64,000 nucleotides of DNA from Camelus dromedarius (lineage: Eukaryota): positions 70,122,001 to 70,186,000 of the forward strand of contig NC_087449.1 of NCBI RefSeq assembly GCF_036321535.1. Direction: 5' to 3'. The notes below the pieces were generated by a model. That model was not told the origin of the DNA. It searched no databases and was given only the letters and a program-made list of their open reading frames with translations. The translations under genes were made by a program, and so were the position numbers. This document shows positions 10,431 to 23,354 of the stretch, piece after piece (the first letter of the stretch is position 1; every line of letters begins with the position of its first letter).

Positions 10431-13400
10431 CCTGCAGTGGTTTCCATCCTCAGGGACCCCAGGCCTTCTGCCCTCCCAAGTGGTCTCCTATTGCCCCAGC
10501 CCACCCAGCTGCATCGGCCTCGGCCTTCTCATGTGCCATCCCATCTCCTGGGAGCACCTGTGCCCAGACCCACACTTCTTTGGAGTCTTCTCGTCATCAC
10601 TGATGCCCGTTTTCATCCACCCCCAACGCAGGCAGAGGGGTCCCTGGCGGTCAGTTGCATGTGAAGGGGGTGGAGCCCAGCATTTGCCCAGGGAGGGGAG
10701 CCGCAGGAATGAGCAGGACCCTGCAGCCCAGAAGCAAGCGTGTGGGATGCAGCCTCCTGGCCAGCACGGTGGCTGTGTCTCCTGGGCTGTCGTGAGTCCA
10801 GCCTGGCTCATGGCCATGGATGGGCACGTCCTGGCAATTGGGGAGGAGCAAGGATGCCCCACAGTATCCCCCAGCATTCTGCTGTCCTGTCTCAGCGTGG
10901 TGGGGGTCAGTGAGGTCAGCGAGGAGGGGTCAGTGAGTCCAGTTCTTCGTGCCCACTTCCCACTGCAGACAGGACCAGCCAGCAAGCGGCCCTGTCACTG
11001 GGCACATTTCTTGGACATGCCCCATCCCAGGCCCCCCGACATGACAGCCCAAGTCTGGCCCAAGAGCTGTTTCTACCCAGGGAAGCCCTTGCCAGGGTGG
11101 GGGCCCCAGGTGTCCTGGGTGTCCTGGTGGTCACTGGCCCCCACCTGCAGACCTGAATGCCACATGGGAACCTCAGCCCCCAGTCCTGGTGAGAAAGGCT
11201 GGAGGGGAGGTACTGTCTGCTTGGGGTCAGCCAGCTTTGGAGGGTGGGGCCTCTGCTCTCCATGGGGTTGGGGAAGGGGAAAGGCCTATTCCAGGAGAGG
11301 GATCTCTGACCATGTCCAGCCCCAGGCCAGGGTGAGGGCACGTGTGTCACCTGTGGTGTTCAGAATACTTCCTGAGGCCCCCAGAAGGTGGAGGCTCCTG
11401 CTTTGGTGTTCCCCTCACCAACAAGCTCTGGAAAATAACTGCCCCATGCAGCAGCTGGCGGACCCGCCCCCAGAGGGCCTTGTGGGCAGAGGGCTTGGAT
11501 CTGAGGGACAGGCACCGGGTGTTTGCGTATTTGGCAGGAGCTGTGACCCCACCACCTGGATCACATCCCCACCGCGTCTCCAGGTATCTGGAACACCTGG
11601 AATGAATGAATGAACGGACGAATAGTTGAAGACCCCTCTAAAGCACTAGGAGTGGGTGGTCCTCCTAGGACCCCAGGCCTGTTCTGGGGGTCACCCCGGC
11701 ATCAGTCTGCAGCACAGTAACGTCACGCAAGGACTTGTCTGCGCCTGGGGCGGTGCGGGAGGTGGCCCCTGGGTGGAGGCATGGGCAGTACAGACCCCCT
11801 GAAGGGCCCGGCAGCTGAGGTCCAGTCCTCTTCACCTCTGGACAGTTTCTGTATTTCCCAATTTTCCACCAAGATCTCATACTTTCATGGTCACAAACAC
11901 CTATTGTTTCCAAAGTGAAAAGTACGAAGATGTTGTTTCTAACTGATTATAAAAGTGATGGAGGCTCCCTGTAGAACTCGGACAGCACGGCCGGTGTGGG
12001 GGAGGGGACCGCCCCCAACAAGCCCCCAGGCCCTGCACCTGTCACCTGTGACCCAGGACCCAGGGTGGGACGAACCGAGTGCCTCCTCCCAGCTGTGGGC
12101 GCGTGGGGAGGGCTCGGCCAGGGTAGGGAAGAGCGGGGTCCTGGCCTCGGGCTCAGGCGCCTCCCTGAAGATGGTGCCAGGCTCACCCCACCCCTGGTTT
12201 TCTCTGATAAATGTTCTTTGTGAGATACTTTCAGAAACTTAGAGATCCTTCAGGTGAAAGGGGCAGGTCGGGTGGAGTTTATGCTCAGTGAGACCTCATC
12301 AGACAGAAACAGAGGCCTCCCAGGGGGTCAGTGGCCCCTCCCAAGGGGTCCTTCCTCATCCAAGTTCACAGGCTGCATTTGTGCCAAGTCCGCGCATGGG
12401 GCTGCCCTGGAAGAGGTGAGTGGCGGGCTCTGGCATCTCCGTGAGCCGTGAGGTGGGGGTGTGGTCACCCCACCAGGTGTGACACCGCCCTGAGTGGGGC
12501 CTGGCGAGGACCACACAGGTCACAGGAGAGCCTGGGACACTCGCTGCCAGATGCTGGGCACACACAGCTGTGGGACGGACAGGCCACAGATGTTTCCTGT
12601 CTTTGTGTCGGGTCTCAGGATCTGGAGAGGCTGCTTCAGGTGACAACATTTGCTTCACTGGCTCCTTCGCTCATGCAGGGGCTGCTGACAGGGTGCCAGG
12701 AGTCGTGTGGGACTGGGGGCTGACTTGGCCCACACGCTGGCAGGCGGACAGGTCACAGCCGTGGCAGCTTTGTTGGGGCGACGGGGCCTGACCAGGTCCC
12801 CAGAAGGGAGGCTGCAGTGGGCCATGAGAAGGACAGTGGAGGAGGGAGGCAGGTGGGCGGCGGGGAGCAGACTCCCAGGGGCCTGCGTCCCTGTCCGTGC
12901 AGGTGTGTCAGTACACGTGTGTCTGCGTGCAACCGTGCGCCTCTCAGCCCCGGGTGCACCATTACAGATGGACTTCCTCCGAAGTGAGGGTGAGGGTTTC
13001 TCCCCCAGCACTGCTGGTTTGGGGGCCGGGCCGTTCACGGTGGTGGGACCTCCGAGCCTTGCAGGGTGTGGCGCGCCATACCCCCCCCACCCCGCCCCCA
13101 GGCTCCTTCCCGTGGGCGCAGTGCTGTGCGTTCCCAGTAGAGGGCGCTGCGGGACACGGCCGGCGGCCGCGGAACAGCTCGTGGGGTCCCGGGCGCGGGA
13201 AGGTGAGGACACATCGGGGCTCTGCCCAGCCACACGTCCAGAGCCCGGGCCCGGGGGCCAGCCTGGGGAGGGCCCTTTGCAAAGCCATCCCCCGTGGGCA
13301 CCCTGGCTCAGCCTGCCTTCTGCCTGCAGTCTCGTCCGCGGTTTAAGCACCGCTTACATTAAATGGTCCCTGTTTAAAAGCACTGGGAGGCTCGTCTGCG

Positions 13401-16287
13401 GTGGGACCCAGACAGACCGTCTGCGTGTGTCTGTGTACCTGAGTGTGGTCTGTGTGCGTGCACTGGAGGAGGTGCCGCAGGGGCCGGAGAGCGCGGGGAG
13501 GGGGTGTTGCTGTGTCCAGGGCCTGGAGCGGGGAGGCTGCAGAGCAGCTTTGCTGGGCGCTGCTGGGCTTCCCATATACCCCTGCTGAGCCTCACCTTGT
13601 CTGCGTGTCCTGGGGCCGTCCACGTGTCCCAGGGCCGTCCGCGACACCAGGAACCCCAGGGTCATGCCCTGTACCAGGTATCACCTGCTCTGCCTTCCTC
13701 GGACATGGGTATCAGGGCCCACTCTCTGGATGAAGACACTGAGGGTCAGGGCGGCCTAGTGCTTGGTCCAGGATCACAGGGCTGGGATGTGGCATCACCG
13801 CCAGCCCCACCCAGGCCTTTTGGGACACGCCGCGCATCTCTCTTCAGGCTGGGTGTGCCCACAGAATGGAGCCTACGACAGTCGGGGTCAGAGCACCGTG
13901 GCGGCATGGGTGCTTCCCATCCTGTGGCCGCTGGGAAGTGGAGTGTGTCCCGCTTTCACATCCCCTCGGCCGCCTGCAATTATATTTAAAACCCAAAGCA
14001 GCCTGATGGGCTGAGGAGGCAGCAGCCAAAGCTCGGTCACCATGGCGATGCTGGGGGAGCGCTGTTTCAGCAACACGAAGCACCACGGGCTGGAGGACGC
14101 AGCGGCAGAGCTGGGGCAGGTCTCCGACTGTCCACCCGAGCCCTGGTCCATCCTCGCCCAGCCGCACCCAGCCCCCTGCGCCACACCCACCTGGCTGTGG
14201 TGCCCCCGCCTCGCTGAGCTGGCCCGTCAAAGCCTGAGACCCCCGGTGGGCGTGGCCCACGTCCTGGCACTGCTTCCAGAAGGCTTGTCCAGGGAGGCCG
14301 AGTCCCAGCGAGAGGCGGGGCTGTGACTGCCTGGGAGCGAGCGGCATGGCCTCAGCGTTTGGTCTGTTCGCTGTGCTCTGGGTGCCCACTCTAAGGGGAG
14401 AACTGACAACGCAGACGGTCGCAGACAGGTGTCTGCTGCCCACACAGCTGCAGGGTCGAGGGTGGGAGGTGACGTGGATGACCGCAGGCTGCGCGTGGCC
14501 CTTGAGATGGAGAGTTGCACACACACGTGCCCGTGCATGCGCAAACACATACACACACACGCATCTGGGCTCGTGCAGGAGCCAGGCAGGTGTGGCCCCG
14601 CTGGGACAGAAGGAGGGGGTACCCTGCTGGGTGCCCCAGCAAACCAGCAGATGGACAAGCAGGGCCTTGCCCAGCAGATGGACAGGCCTGAAGGCCGCCA
14701 GCCCGGCTGCAGAAAGTGCCCCAGCTTCCCCGTGCGGGGAGACAATCCCTGGGGGCCTTGTCACCGGGGTCAGGAGCCTCCTGTGGGCAGGGCCCAGGGA
14801 CAGCCAGCTGCACCCAGAGGCAGCCCTCAGCCCTCGATGAGCCCTGACCACCCTCCCCGGGCAGAGCAGCTGGGGTGACAACTGCTTTCAGGACAGGGCT
14901 TCATTTAACCTCTGCAGCACCCACCTGGGTGGGTAGTTGGGGCTCTGCAAGTTTGAGAGGTGTGGCACCTTCCAGGGGTCCAGCACAGGTACCAGGGCAG
15001 GCACCTCAGGGCCCTGTCTGCCTCCTCACACAGCGCCTCAGGGGAGCCCCAAGAGCTGTGCCTTCAGGGTCGACCTGAGGAGGACAGCCTCCAGGTGAAG
15101 CCACCCAGCCTGACAGTTCCTGGGACAGCCGCTGCGGCTGGGCTGGGTGGCCCTTGGTTCCCAGGGAAGAGGGCGGGGCTGCGGGGCATCCCAGCCCAAG
15201 GAATGGAAACCCATGGCCACCCCGTCCAGGTGCTTGTGCCGCTGGTCCCACCTGGGGAGGGGCCAGCCCGAGGGAGGCAGCCCAGGTGGGCGCTGCCCAG
15301 CCAGTGGCTTCCATTCCAGGAGACAAACCGGAGGCCAGGGAACCTAAATAGTTTATACTGGGCAGAAAACGAAGAGCCTCGCTCCCTGAAGGGGATAATT
15401 CCAAGCTGTGCCTGCGTCAGGCCTCCTTGGAGGGACGGCCCAGAACCAAAGGTGGTTAGCATCTTGCTCACAGGCTGTGCAGAAACAGAGGCTCATGGGG
15501 GATGGCCTCCCAGCTGGAAACGGGGGCCCTGCTTCCTAACGGCCGGGCCCAGCAGTCCTCCCTCAGGGTCCCCCTTGGTGTCCTGGTTGGCCTCCAGCTC
15601 CCTGGCCCCCCAGTGGAGCCCCAGCCTCCCTGGAAGCTCATCTCCCTCGGCCTCAGTGGACCCAGGGCAGGCACCCCAGAGGCTCAAGAGGGCAGGCTGG
15701 CCCCTTCCCGGTCTGGCCCCACGTCCAGCCCCTCCACTCCACCCCTAAGCTGTGCTGCGTCCGGGATGGGAGCAGGTGCCCCCGACGTGTGCCTTCTCCT
15801 GGGCGCCGCACCCCCGCCGTGCTGGGAAGCCAGCCCTCTGCAGCACCCCCGGTGTGGTGTCTGCTGCTGCGTCCATGGCGTGAAGGCACTGAACTTGGAG
15901 TCGTGGAGACGCAGGCACAGTCAGCTCCTGTGGGTCTGGAGGAGACCCCTTCCTCCCGCCCTGGTCTGCCTTCTCCTTCCTGCAGCCCCTCCCTGGGCGG
16001 GCTCTCCCATTCCTAGGGTCCACTCCGTCCCAGGGCCCTGCGCACTGAGGGTTGTCCACGTCTCCCGGAGTCGCCCTGGCTGTGCTCGGTGGAGGCTGAG
16101 AGTTCAGGGAATTCTCAAGACCCAGCCTGAATGGCAAGTCTATCGTCTTGCTGCAAATCCTATTTCGAATAGCTAAACCCAAACACTGACCACCTCTCCT
16201 TCCTGCAACTCTCCTCTGCTGGCCAACTCCCAACCCCGCAGAGGGTGTCCGGCCAGCCACGAACCTACTAACCTACTGGGTGCCACG

Positions 16288-16450
16288 AGGTGACAGGCAC
16301 TGTTCTAAGTGAGTTTTTCTAATCACACCAATTCATGCTGACCACGGCCGGGTACCATCATTACCCCAGTTTACAGGTGGCGATACCCAGCTCAGGGGGG
16401 TTAGTCACTGGCTGTGTGCGGGAAACGGTAGAGCTGAGGCTAACCAGGCA
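16288..16450. mobile_element. MIR relic
   Basis: ggcactgttctaagt...cattaccccagtttacaggtgg...cagctcagggggttagtcact. Confidence 0.55.
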
Positions 16451-17387
16451 CCCAGCGCCAGCACCCACACGCCAGCCACCGCGTCACAGGACTTCTCAAC
16501 CAGGAGAGAACAGCGTGTTCGTCTCCCCCAGGCAGTCGCCCTACAACCCTGGAAATCCAGAACCTCTTGCTTGTAGGGGTTCTTGGTCCCCTCCGCTTGC
16601 CTCCAATTTCACAGCAGTGGGGTGGACAGTCCCCAGGCACATGGGCAGCGTCCTACCCTAGCTGTCCCCCGCCCCCCAGGACTTTCCCTAACGTGCTCAG
16701 CCCGGGCAGGGCAGCCTGGAAGTGGGGGAGCTGACGTCCCTCAGGGCAGCCCTCAACCGACAGGGCTTGGACCCTGGTGGACCCTCCTTGGAGGACAATG
16801 CCGAGGGGCTCCAGTGGGGCTCCAGGGATGGACCCACGCCCCAACAGGGACAGCCCAGGACGCAGACTCCACCGCCTGCAGTGGAGCCCTTGCAGTGGTC
16901 TCTGCTCTCGGGTCCTGGAGGTGGCTGTGGAGTCGGGTCGTTCAACGGCGTGAAGACGAGGGCCCCCCCCCACCACCGGCTGGTGGGTTGTGGGGTGGGG
17001 ATGACAGCCCGCACACCCTCACCACCGCGGAGTCCGGAGCCGACTGCGGCTGGAGGGCATGCGGAGAAAGCCACAAAGTCCTCCAGGTCAGGGCTCAAAG
17101 AAACCCCGTCTCCTGTAGCCACAGGCAGATGGGGCTGAGAATCGGGCCCAAGGTCCAAGTCTAGATGAGACGACAGACCCGCCAAGAAGACTGGTCGTGT
17201 GGCCGTGCTGAGATCAGGACCCTGCGGGGGTCGCAGGGTCTGAGGCCTGGTCTGGGGTCCTGACGAGTGAACCCACCTGAGGCCCTTGTACCCCAGCATC
17301 TATCCTGCTTCTTTGTGGAAAGGAGGCTCCTCTGATCAGGACTCCCTAAAAATACACCAGAGATGGACGCCTTTGCCAGGTGCTTGC

Positions 17388-17815
17388 TGTGTGCATTTCC
17401 TGTGGCCACTGAAACACAGGACCACAAACAGGGAGGCTTAGAACAGCAGAAATCGACCGTCAGTCTGGAGACCAGAAGTCCGAGGTGCAGGTGCTGGCAG
17501 GGCTGGTCCCTTCTGGACCCAGGCCTCTCCCGGAGATGCCGCCGGGTTTACAGGCTCCTGGACGTCCCTTGGCTTGGAGACACATCACTGCCATCTCTGC
17601 CTCTGTCTTCGCCTGGCCATCCTCCGTCTCCCTGCATGTCCTCTTCTTGAGTAGGGACACTAGGAGTTGGATTTAGGTGCAAGGTCCTCCCTAATCCAAT
17701 AGGGCTTCATCTTAACCTGCATCTTGATTGCCTCTTCAAAGACCCTGCTTCCTACATCACACTCACAGGCGCCAGGAGTGAGGACTTAGCACATCTTCAG
17801 GGGCACACGACCCCA
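17388..17815 (-). mobile_element. MaLR MLT1-type solo LTR
   Basis: Characteristic segments ttcctgtggcc...accacaaac...ggctta...gtctggagaccagaagtccgag...ggatttagg...catcttaac. Confidence 0.75.
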
Positions 17816-19617
17816 CCCTCTGCAGAGTCTGCCCCTGCCTTCCCTCACTGCTCCAGACACCAGCTGGCACCGAGTCTCAGCACGGCCTGAGCGGGGGTGT
17901 CCAGTACCTGGTACGGAAGGGGACAGCTTGCTCCCAGAGGAACTGCAGTTCCCGGCTAGTCTGTCCTGCGGGAACCTTGGTCGCGTGTGGCCCTGGAGAA
18001 CGTCGGACGGGGGCACGGTCTATGAGGCTGGGCGGGGAAAGCTCATTGACGTGATGTGGGGCTCACTGACGGCCAACGGCTGGCCATCCGAGTGAGATGG
18101 AAGCAGCCCTCGTGCATGGGGCCTTGCTCCCTCAAGCTGGGACGCGATGCTGGAGACTCTGGAACGTCTTTGGAGGAGTGTGAAGAGGGGCCTGAAGTCT
18201 TGGGCTGGGGCTACTGGGGAGAGTGCACAGGAGCCACCACCTGACAGGGTCCCCAGGGACCTGGAAGACGTGCCTTTCCCTAGCACAGCAGGAAAGGTGC
18301 AAGCAAGAGTGTCCAGTGCGGCCGGAGAGCTCCAGGATGGCTGACCTGGAGCTGTGTGGCCAGCGTGACCAGGAGGGCCCACCATGGGTCCAGAAATAGC
18401 AGAGGCGTGGCCGTGGGCACACAACTGTCAGAGGCACAGCCGTGGGCCCAGTTGTGGGAATGGGAGGGTCTGGAAGGAAACCAGAGTGCCTCGGAGAGGG
18501 GAGGGGTGCTGGCTCACACACCAAGCAGATTTGTCTCATGGCGGACGTGGTGTTAACTGGACCTGCTGGCCAGAGGGCAGACAAGTCCCACCCGGATTCA
18601 GGATTCAGCCTCATCAGGGAAGTTCTGGTCACGCCAGGACTCCTGACTCATTGCAAGTTCACAGTCCTTGGCGGGCTTCTTGGAATAGGGGAGGCCACAA
18701 ACGTCACACCGGATGCAGGTCTGGAGGGGGCGCGGAGCAGGGTGCCCTGCAGCAGGTGCGGGCTGGGGTGAGGGCATCCGCCCAGTGACACCGCCGCCAG
18801 CTCAAGTCCACGGCCTTGCGTGGGGCTGGAGACCCTAAAATCAAGGGGCAGGGAAGGCACGCCCGCTGGTTTGTGGCTGTGCCCACGGTGGACACAGATG
18901 TGTCCAAGGTGACAAGGGACCATGGTGCCACCCAGTCCTACTCCAGAGTCACATAAAAGAAGAGCAGTGAAGGTGTGCATGGGGAACCTCTGAAGGCCAA
19001 AGTCCAAGCAACACATTTGACGTTAAAGTTTGCAGGATTCGCCTCCTGGGCTCCCACGTCCGGGGACGCAGAATGTGCCATGGCAGCAACTGGCACCCAG
19101 CGAGGACGAGGTGACTGAGGCTCGTCCTTTGGGACCAGAGTCTGGTCACCGCAGCAGGAGGTAACTGAAGCGAACAGAAGCGCTGGTGGGACGAGGGGAG
19201 ACGGGAGAGGAGGCCCCTTGGTTGCGGCCCACGGGCCACAGCCGTGGCACTGACTGGCTCGTTTCACTAAACCTCGCTGTCCTGGGTCCTGCTGCCGTGA
19301 CAGCCACCACTGGGAAGAACCAGCACCGCCTGAGCAGACGTGCGCTGCACTGGCTGGAAGCAGCAGTCGCCTCTAGCGCCCCCCAGAGCTCAGTTTGTAG
19401 GCAGGCAGCCCTGGGTGGGGGGTAGCTGGTGGTAGTTGGTGGTAAGGCCCCAGCCCCTCCTTCTTCCCAAGACAAGCCGGGGCCCACTCTGCCGGGCTCG
19501 TAGTGTCCCCAGAGGGATGAGGACCTGGTCATCCCAGGCCAGCCAGGCACCCTGTAGCCTGTCCCTCCTTCCTCCGTTCTCCTCACTCCCTGCTCCCACG
19601 TCTGGGGTGTCACCCTC

Positions 19618-20010
19618 TGTCCTGGGATGAACGCTGCCCCCCAAATCCATGTCCACCCAGAACCTCAGAATATGAGCATGTTTCGAAATAGGGTCTTTGC
19701 AGCGACCATCAGTTAAGATGAAGTTGTCCTGGGTTACGAGGCCCTGATTCTGATGTCATCAGAAGGACACCCAGAGGGAAGGCCGCGTGACAACGGAGGC
19801 AGCGGTGGGGCCGTGTGTCTACCAGCCGAGCAGTGCCAGGAGCTGGGGAGACTGAGGCCTGGGACAGACTCGCCCTCAGAGCCTCCCGGAGGGGCCAGGC
19901 CTGCCCACACCCGGATCCCAGGCTCTGGTGTCCAGAACTGCGAGAGTGTGAGCTTCTATTGCTTTAAGGTCCCCGGTCTGTGGTACTTCGTTACAGCCAC
20001 CCCAGGAAAC
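19618..20010 (+). mobile_element. MaLR MLT1-type solo LTR
   Basis: ccccaaatccatgtcc...cagaacctcagaat...aatagggtctttgcag...ccagaactgcgaga...tgtggtacttcgttacagc. Confidence 0.8.
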
Positions 20011-20515
20011 CAGTCCCCCCAGATAAACTCCTTGCACCGAGTCCTTGTCTCCAGCTCTGATTTCGAGGGAACCCAAACATTGCCCCAGGTGTGGGCTCCA
20101 AGCCACAGGCAGGCCGGGTGCCTCACTGGGTCAGTGCCCCTCCTGCCCCTGCTGCAGGCGAGGGGGAGCTGAGGGGCCGCCCCCTGATGCGCCAGCACCT
20201 CCAGCCTGGGGAAGAGCTGCCCCGGCTCTCGGGGAGGCATCCAGGAGTCTACGTTGGCAGCACACGGCTCCCAGCCTCTGCCAGAAACCACAGCCCAGGA
20301 AGCCACCAGCCCTCTGAGACCGTCCCTGCTGGAAGGAGGTGCGTACAGAGCCCGGGCCGCCCCCACCCCACTGACCCGGCTCAGGTGCCCCTTCACGAGA
20401 GATGCTGACATCACCGCCCCGAGCCAGCTCTTCTCAACTGCAAGCCTCCATCACCCTGGCCTTCAGTCTGCGCGTGTCATCACCACGGAATAGAACTCGT
20501 GTTTCAAAAGCGCCA

Positions 20516-20615
20516 GCCCTGCCCGTCCCTCTTCCTGGCCCTGCAGACACGTGGGCAGGAGCAGCCCCTGCCCGTCCCTCTTCCCGGCCACGCAGATGTG
20601 TGGGCAGGAGCAGCA
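20516..20615. repeat. Two-copy tandem duplication of about 49 bp
   Basis: cctgcccgtccctcttcc...gggcaggagcagc starts at 20518 and again at 20567. Confidence 0.85.
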
Positions 20616-22134
20616 GCCTGCAGGCTAGAGGGAGTGGCTGCTGCTTGCAGAATCAGGCAAGGCTCCTGCCCGGGCGGCCTCGCTGCGTGGGTGCCTGAGG
20701 CAGTCACAAAGCCCGCTTTAAATAGCTCCTTGTGGGTACGCACAGCAGAAGGGCGGCCTCAAGCCGCAGGGATGGTGGAGAAAGGCGGGTGCCGGGGTGG
20801 GCAGGGTCCGGGCAGCAGGGGGGCCCAGGCGACCCAGCAGTTCCGTGAACCTTGAACCCACCCACGCGTCCCCCAGAGGCCTTGGTGGAAGGCAGGCCTG
20901 GGGGCAGGACCCTGGGTGCCAGGGGTGGGGGGTGCCGTGGGCAGTCTCGGGCCCAGCCTGATAGCTTCGGAGTGCCTCCTGGGGCCTGGACGTCCCAACC
21001 CTGGCAAATCGCCAGGTGCCAGGTAGGAGGGGAGCAGTGACCCTGCTGGGGTTGGGCAAGCCAGAAAGTGCCAAGCAAGAAGAGGAGAGAAGGCGTCACT
21101 GTCCTGGTTCTCGAAGCTGGCCGGGCTTAGCCTGCCACCCCCCGCTGACCAGAGCTGGCCCAGGGCCCCGGCCAACCCAGATCCAGGCTCTGCTGCTCCT
21201 AGGCCGCCTGCTCTCTGCTGCTCCCAGGTCGGTCACAGTGGAGCCCTACGCCCTGGCCAGACCCACCCCCTGGGACGACCCTGCCCAGCCCTGAAGCCTA
21301 GTCCAAAGGGCAGCCTGGTGCAAGGAGGGGTCTTAGGAGGCGAGGGGTCTTCGAGCTGGAGATGTGATCCTTGGGCATGGTGAAGGCAGCTGGGCCAACG
21401 CCCTGCTCCACCTGAGGGCACGGCTGGTCCTGTGGGAGGCGGCTGGGTCTACACCTGCAGCTGGACCACCTGACCTCGGAGGTCACACTGCCAGCTAGGC
21501 CCTGCCCATGGGTGAGTGTCCCCCAGCACTGCCCCGTGGCCTGGGGACACTGCCGACCCTGGACAGGCGTGTGGGCAAAGGGCAAGGGGCCCAGCAGGGC
21601 ACTTTCTGATTCACACAAAGTCAGCATCACGCTGGGGGTGGGGCCCAGCGGGATCGTGGCCTGGCTGCCACCTGGTCACAGCCGGGCACTGGGCTGGCAC
21701 TCCTGACCCCGCAGCAGGCGGCTTGGCCACACTCATGCCCATCTAATCACAGGCTTCTGTCCCTTCCAGGTGTGATGACCTGTCCTGCTCTGGGGCAGGG
21801 AAACCTGGGCCCCTGATTGAGAGCTGTCTGTCAGATCACCAATGGCCCAGGGTTGGGGAGCCTGGGGTTGTTAGCGGGGACTCGGCGGGCTCTGACCCCA
21901 GTCATCACGTCCGGAAGGCATGGTCGTGGCCCCCACCGTGGCCCAAAGGGAGGGAGGGAGTTGAGGCCCCTACAGGCCCCCGAGCCCCTGTATTCGAGTC
22001 TCTGTCTCTAAGTCCCTCTGCCCCGAGCCCATCAGCCCTTCAAGCCAGCAGCCGGAGAGACTTCCAGGCTCTGGGAGCAGAGGTCACGGCCCAGGTGCGG
22101 TGACAGCAATCGTCAGCAGGGGCAAAGATTCCAT

Positions 22135-22140
22135 TTTATT
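22135..22140 (-). terminator. GABRD: GABRD polyadenylation signal AATAAA
   Basis: TTTATT on the plus strand, about 410 nt past the stop codon. It is the only such hexamer I found in that interval. Confidence 0.85.
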
Positions 22141-22549
22141 TCATGCTGGGACCAAAGGCCTGCGGACGCCCTTCCCCACCCTCTCATTCAGGTGATGAGC
22201 ACCGTCCACGCCTGGCCTCCTTCCGCTCCCCGGGCCAAGCCCACAGAGCCAAGTCCCAGAGCTGGACCATTTTGCAGCCAGATGCGTGGCTCCCTGGGGA
22301 CCCTCGCCTGCCTGGCCCGACCTGGGTCAGGTGGCTCTGCTACTGGAGCAGGGAGCTGGGCCGGCGTCCGCGGAGCCCAGAGGTGACCGGGTGAGGGTGG
22401 GGACAGAGCCTGGGGACGCTCAGGGAGGCCGAGCTTTCCTCTTGTTTTGTGTGGCTCATGGTCATGCCCCTCTGAAACACGCAGAGCCCCCTGGGGGGCC
22501 TTTCTCACTGGAGGTTCTGGGCAGCAGGACAAGCCTGTGGTGTGCGGCC

Positions 22550-22840
22550 TCACATGGTGTACGCGGCCCAGTAGATGACATTGACTGCGGCGAAGGCAGC
22601 AGGGAACACAGCGCGGGCGTAGATGTCAATGGTGTCCGCGTCGATGGGCTTGAAAAGTGCACGGAGGCCCCTTGAGCGGGCCCCCCCCTGCTTCTTCATC
22701 TCCCCTGTCTCCACCTCCACCGACCTGTAGGAGCCCATGAGGTTCCTGGGCACCCGGGGCTGCCGGCGGGACACAGCCAGCTCCTGGGTGACGCCGGCGG
22801 CTGAGAGTGAGAAGAGCACGACTGCATTCTTCACGTCCAT
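22550..22840 (-). CDS. GABRD: GABRD exon 9 coding part (intracellular loop, M4, TGA stop)
   Basis: CAG acceptor at 22843-22841, 291 nt to the TGA at 22552-22550. The nine exons sum to 1356 nt, or 451 aa plus stop. Confidence 0.98.
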   Translation of the reverse strand: MDVKNAVVLFSLSAAGVTQELAVSRRQPRVPRNLMGSYRSVEVETGEMKKQGGARSRGLRALFKPIDADTIDIYARAVFPAAFAAVNVIYWAAYTM

Positions 22841-23136
22841 CTGCACGGGGAAGAGGGTGCTGAGCAGCAGGCAATGAGGGGCTCCCAGGCAGACCCCGAC
22901 CTGTGCCCGCAGCTCCCCCCCTCAGCGAGCAGATCGAGGGGTCTGGGTCTGCCCTCCTGGAGCCCGGGGGACGCAAGTGACCTCCTCCGAGCAGTGGGCA
23001 GAGGGTCCCAGGTTGAGAGCAGGAGAAGTGCCCTGCCTTCTGCCCCGGCAATGCTGCCCCCTCGCTGTGCTGGGGCGCAGGGTGGGGAGCTGTCCTTGGT
23101 CCTGAACACAAAAGACCCGGCCCGGCCTGGCCTCAC

Positions 23137-23354
23137 CTCGGCCCTCTGCTCCTTGACCTTGACCTTGACCTTGGCCTTTTGCTTCTTCCGGTAGTCGGCA
23201 TTGAAGTGGGCAAAGGCGTACTCGACCAGGGCAGCAAACACAAAGACATAGCAGATCCAGAAGTACACGTCCAGCGCCTTGATGGCTGATGCCCGCGGGA
23301 GGGAGGAGCGAGCGCTGACCATCAGTGTGGTCATGGTCAGCACCGTGGTGATGC
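23137..23354 (-). CDS. GABRD: GABRD exon 8 (M2, M3 and start of the intracellular loop)
   Basis: AG and GTGAGG boundaries, 218 nt. Encodes ITTVLTMTT...[10 protein letters not shown]...[14 protein letters not shown]. Confidence 0.98.

Noticed and set aside
10354-11613. 419-aa intergenic ORF, the longest in the window
   Set aside because: It starts in L2-like sequence, has Trp/Cys/Pro/Gly-rich random composition, and matches no family I recognise.
17388-20010. Oppositely oriented MLT1 LTR pair as a possible dsRNA or hairpin source or a provirus
   Set aside because: The copies are too diverged, and proviral LTRs would be in direct orientation with internal sequence between them.
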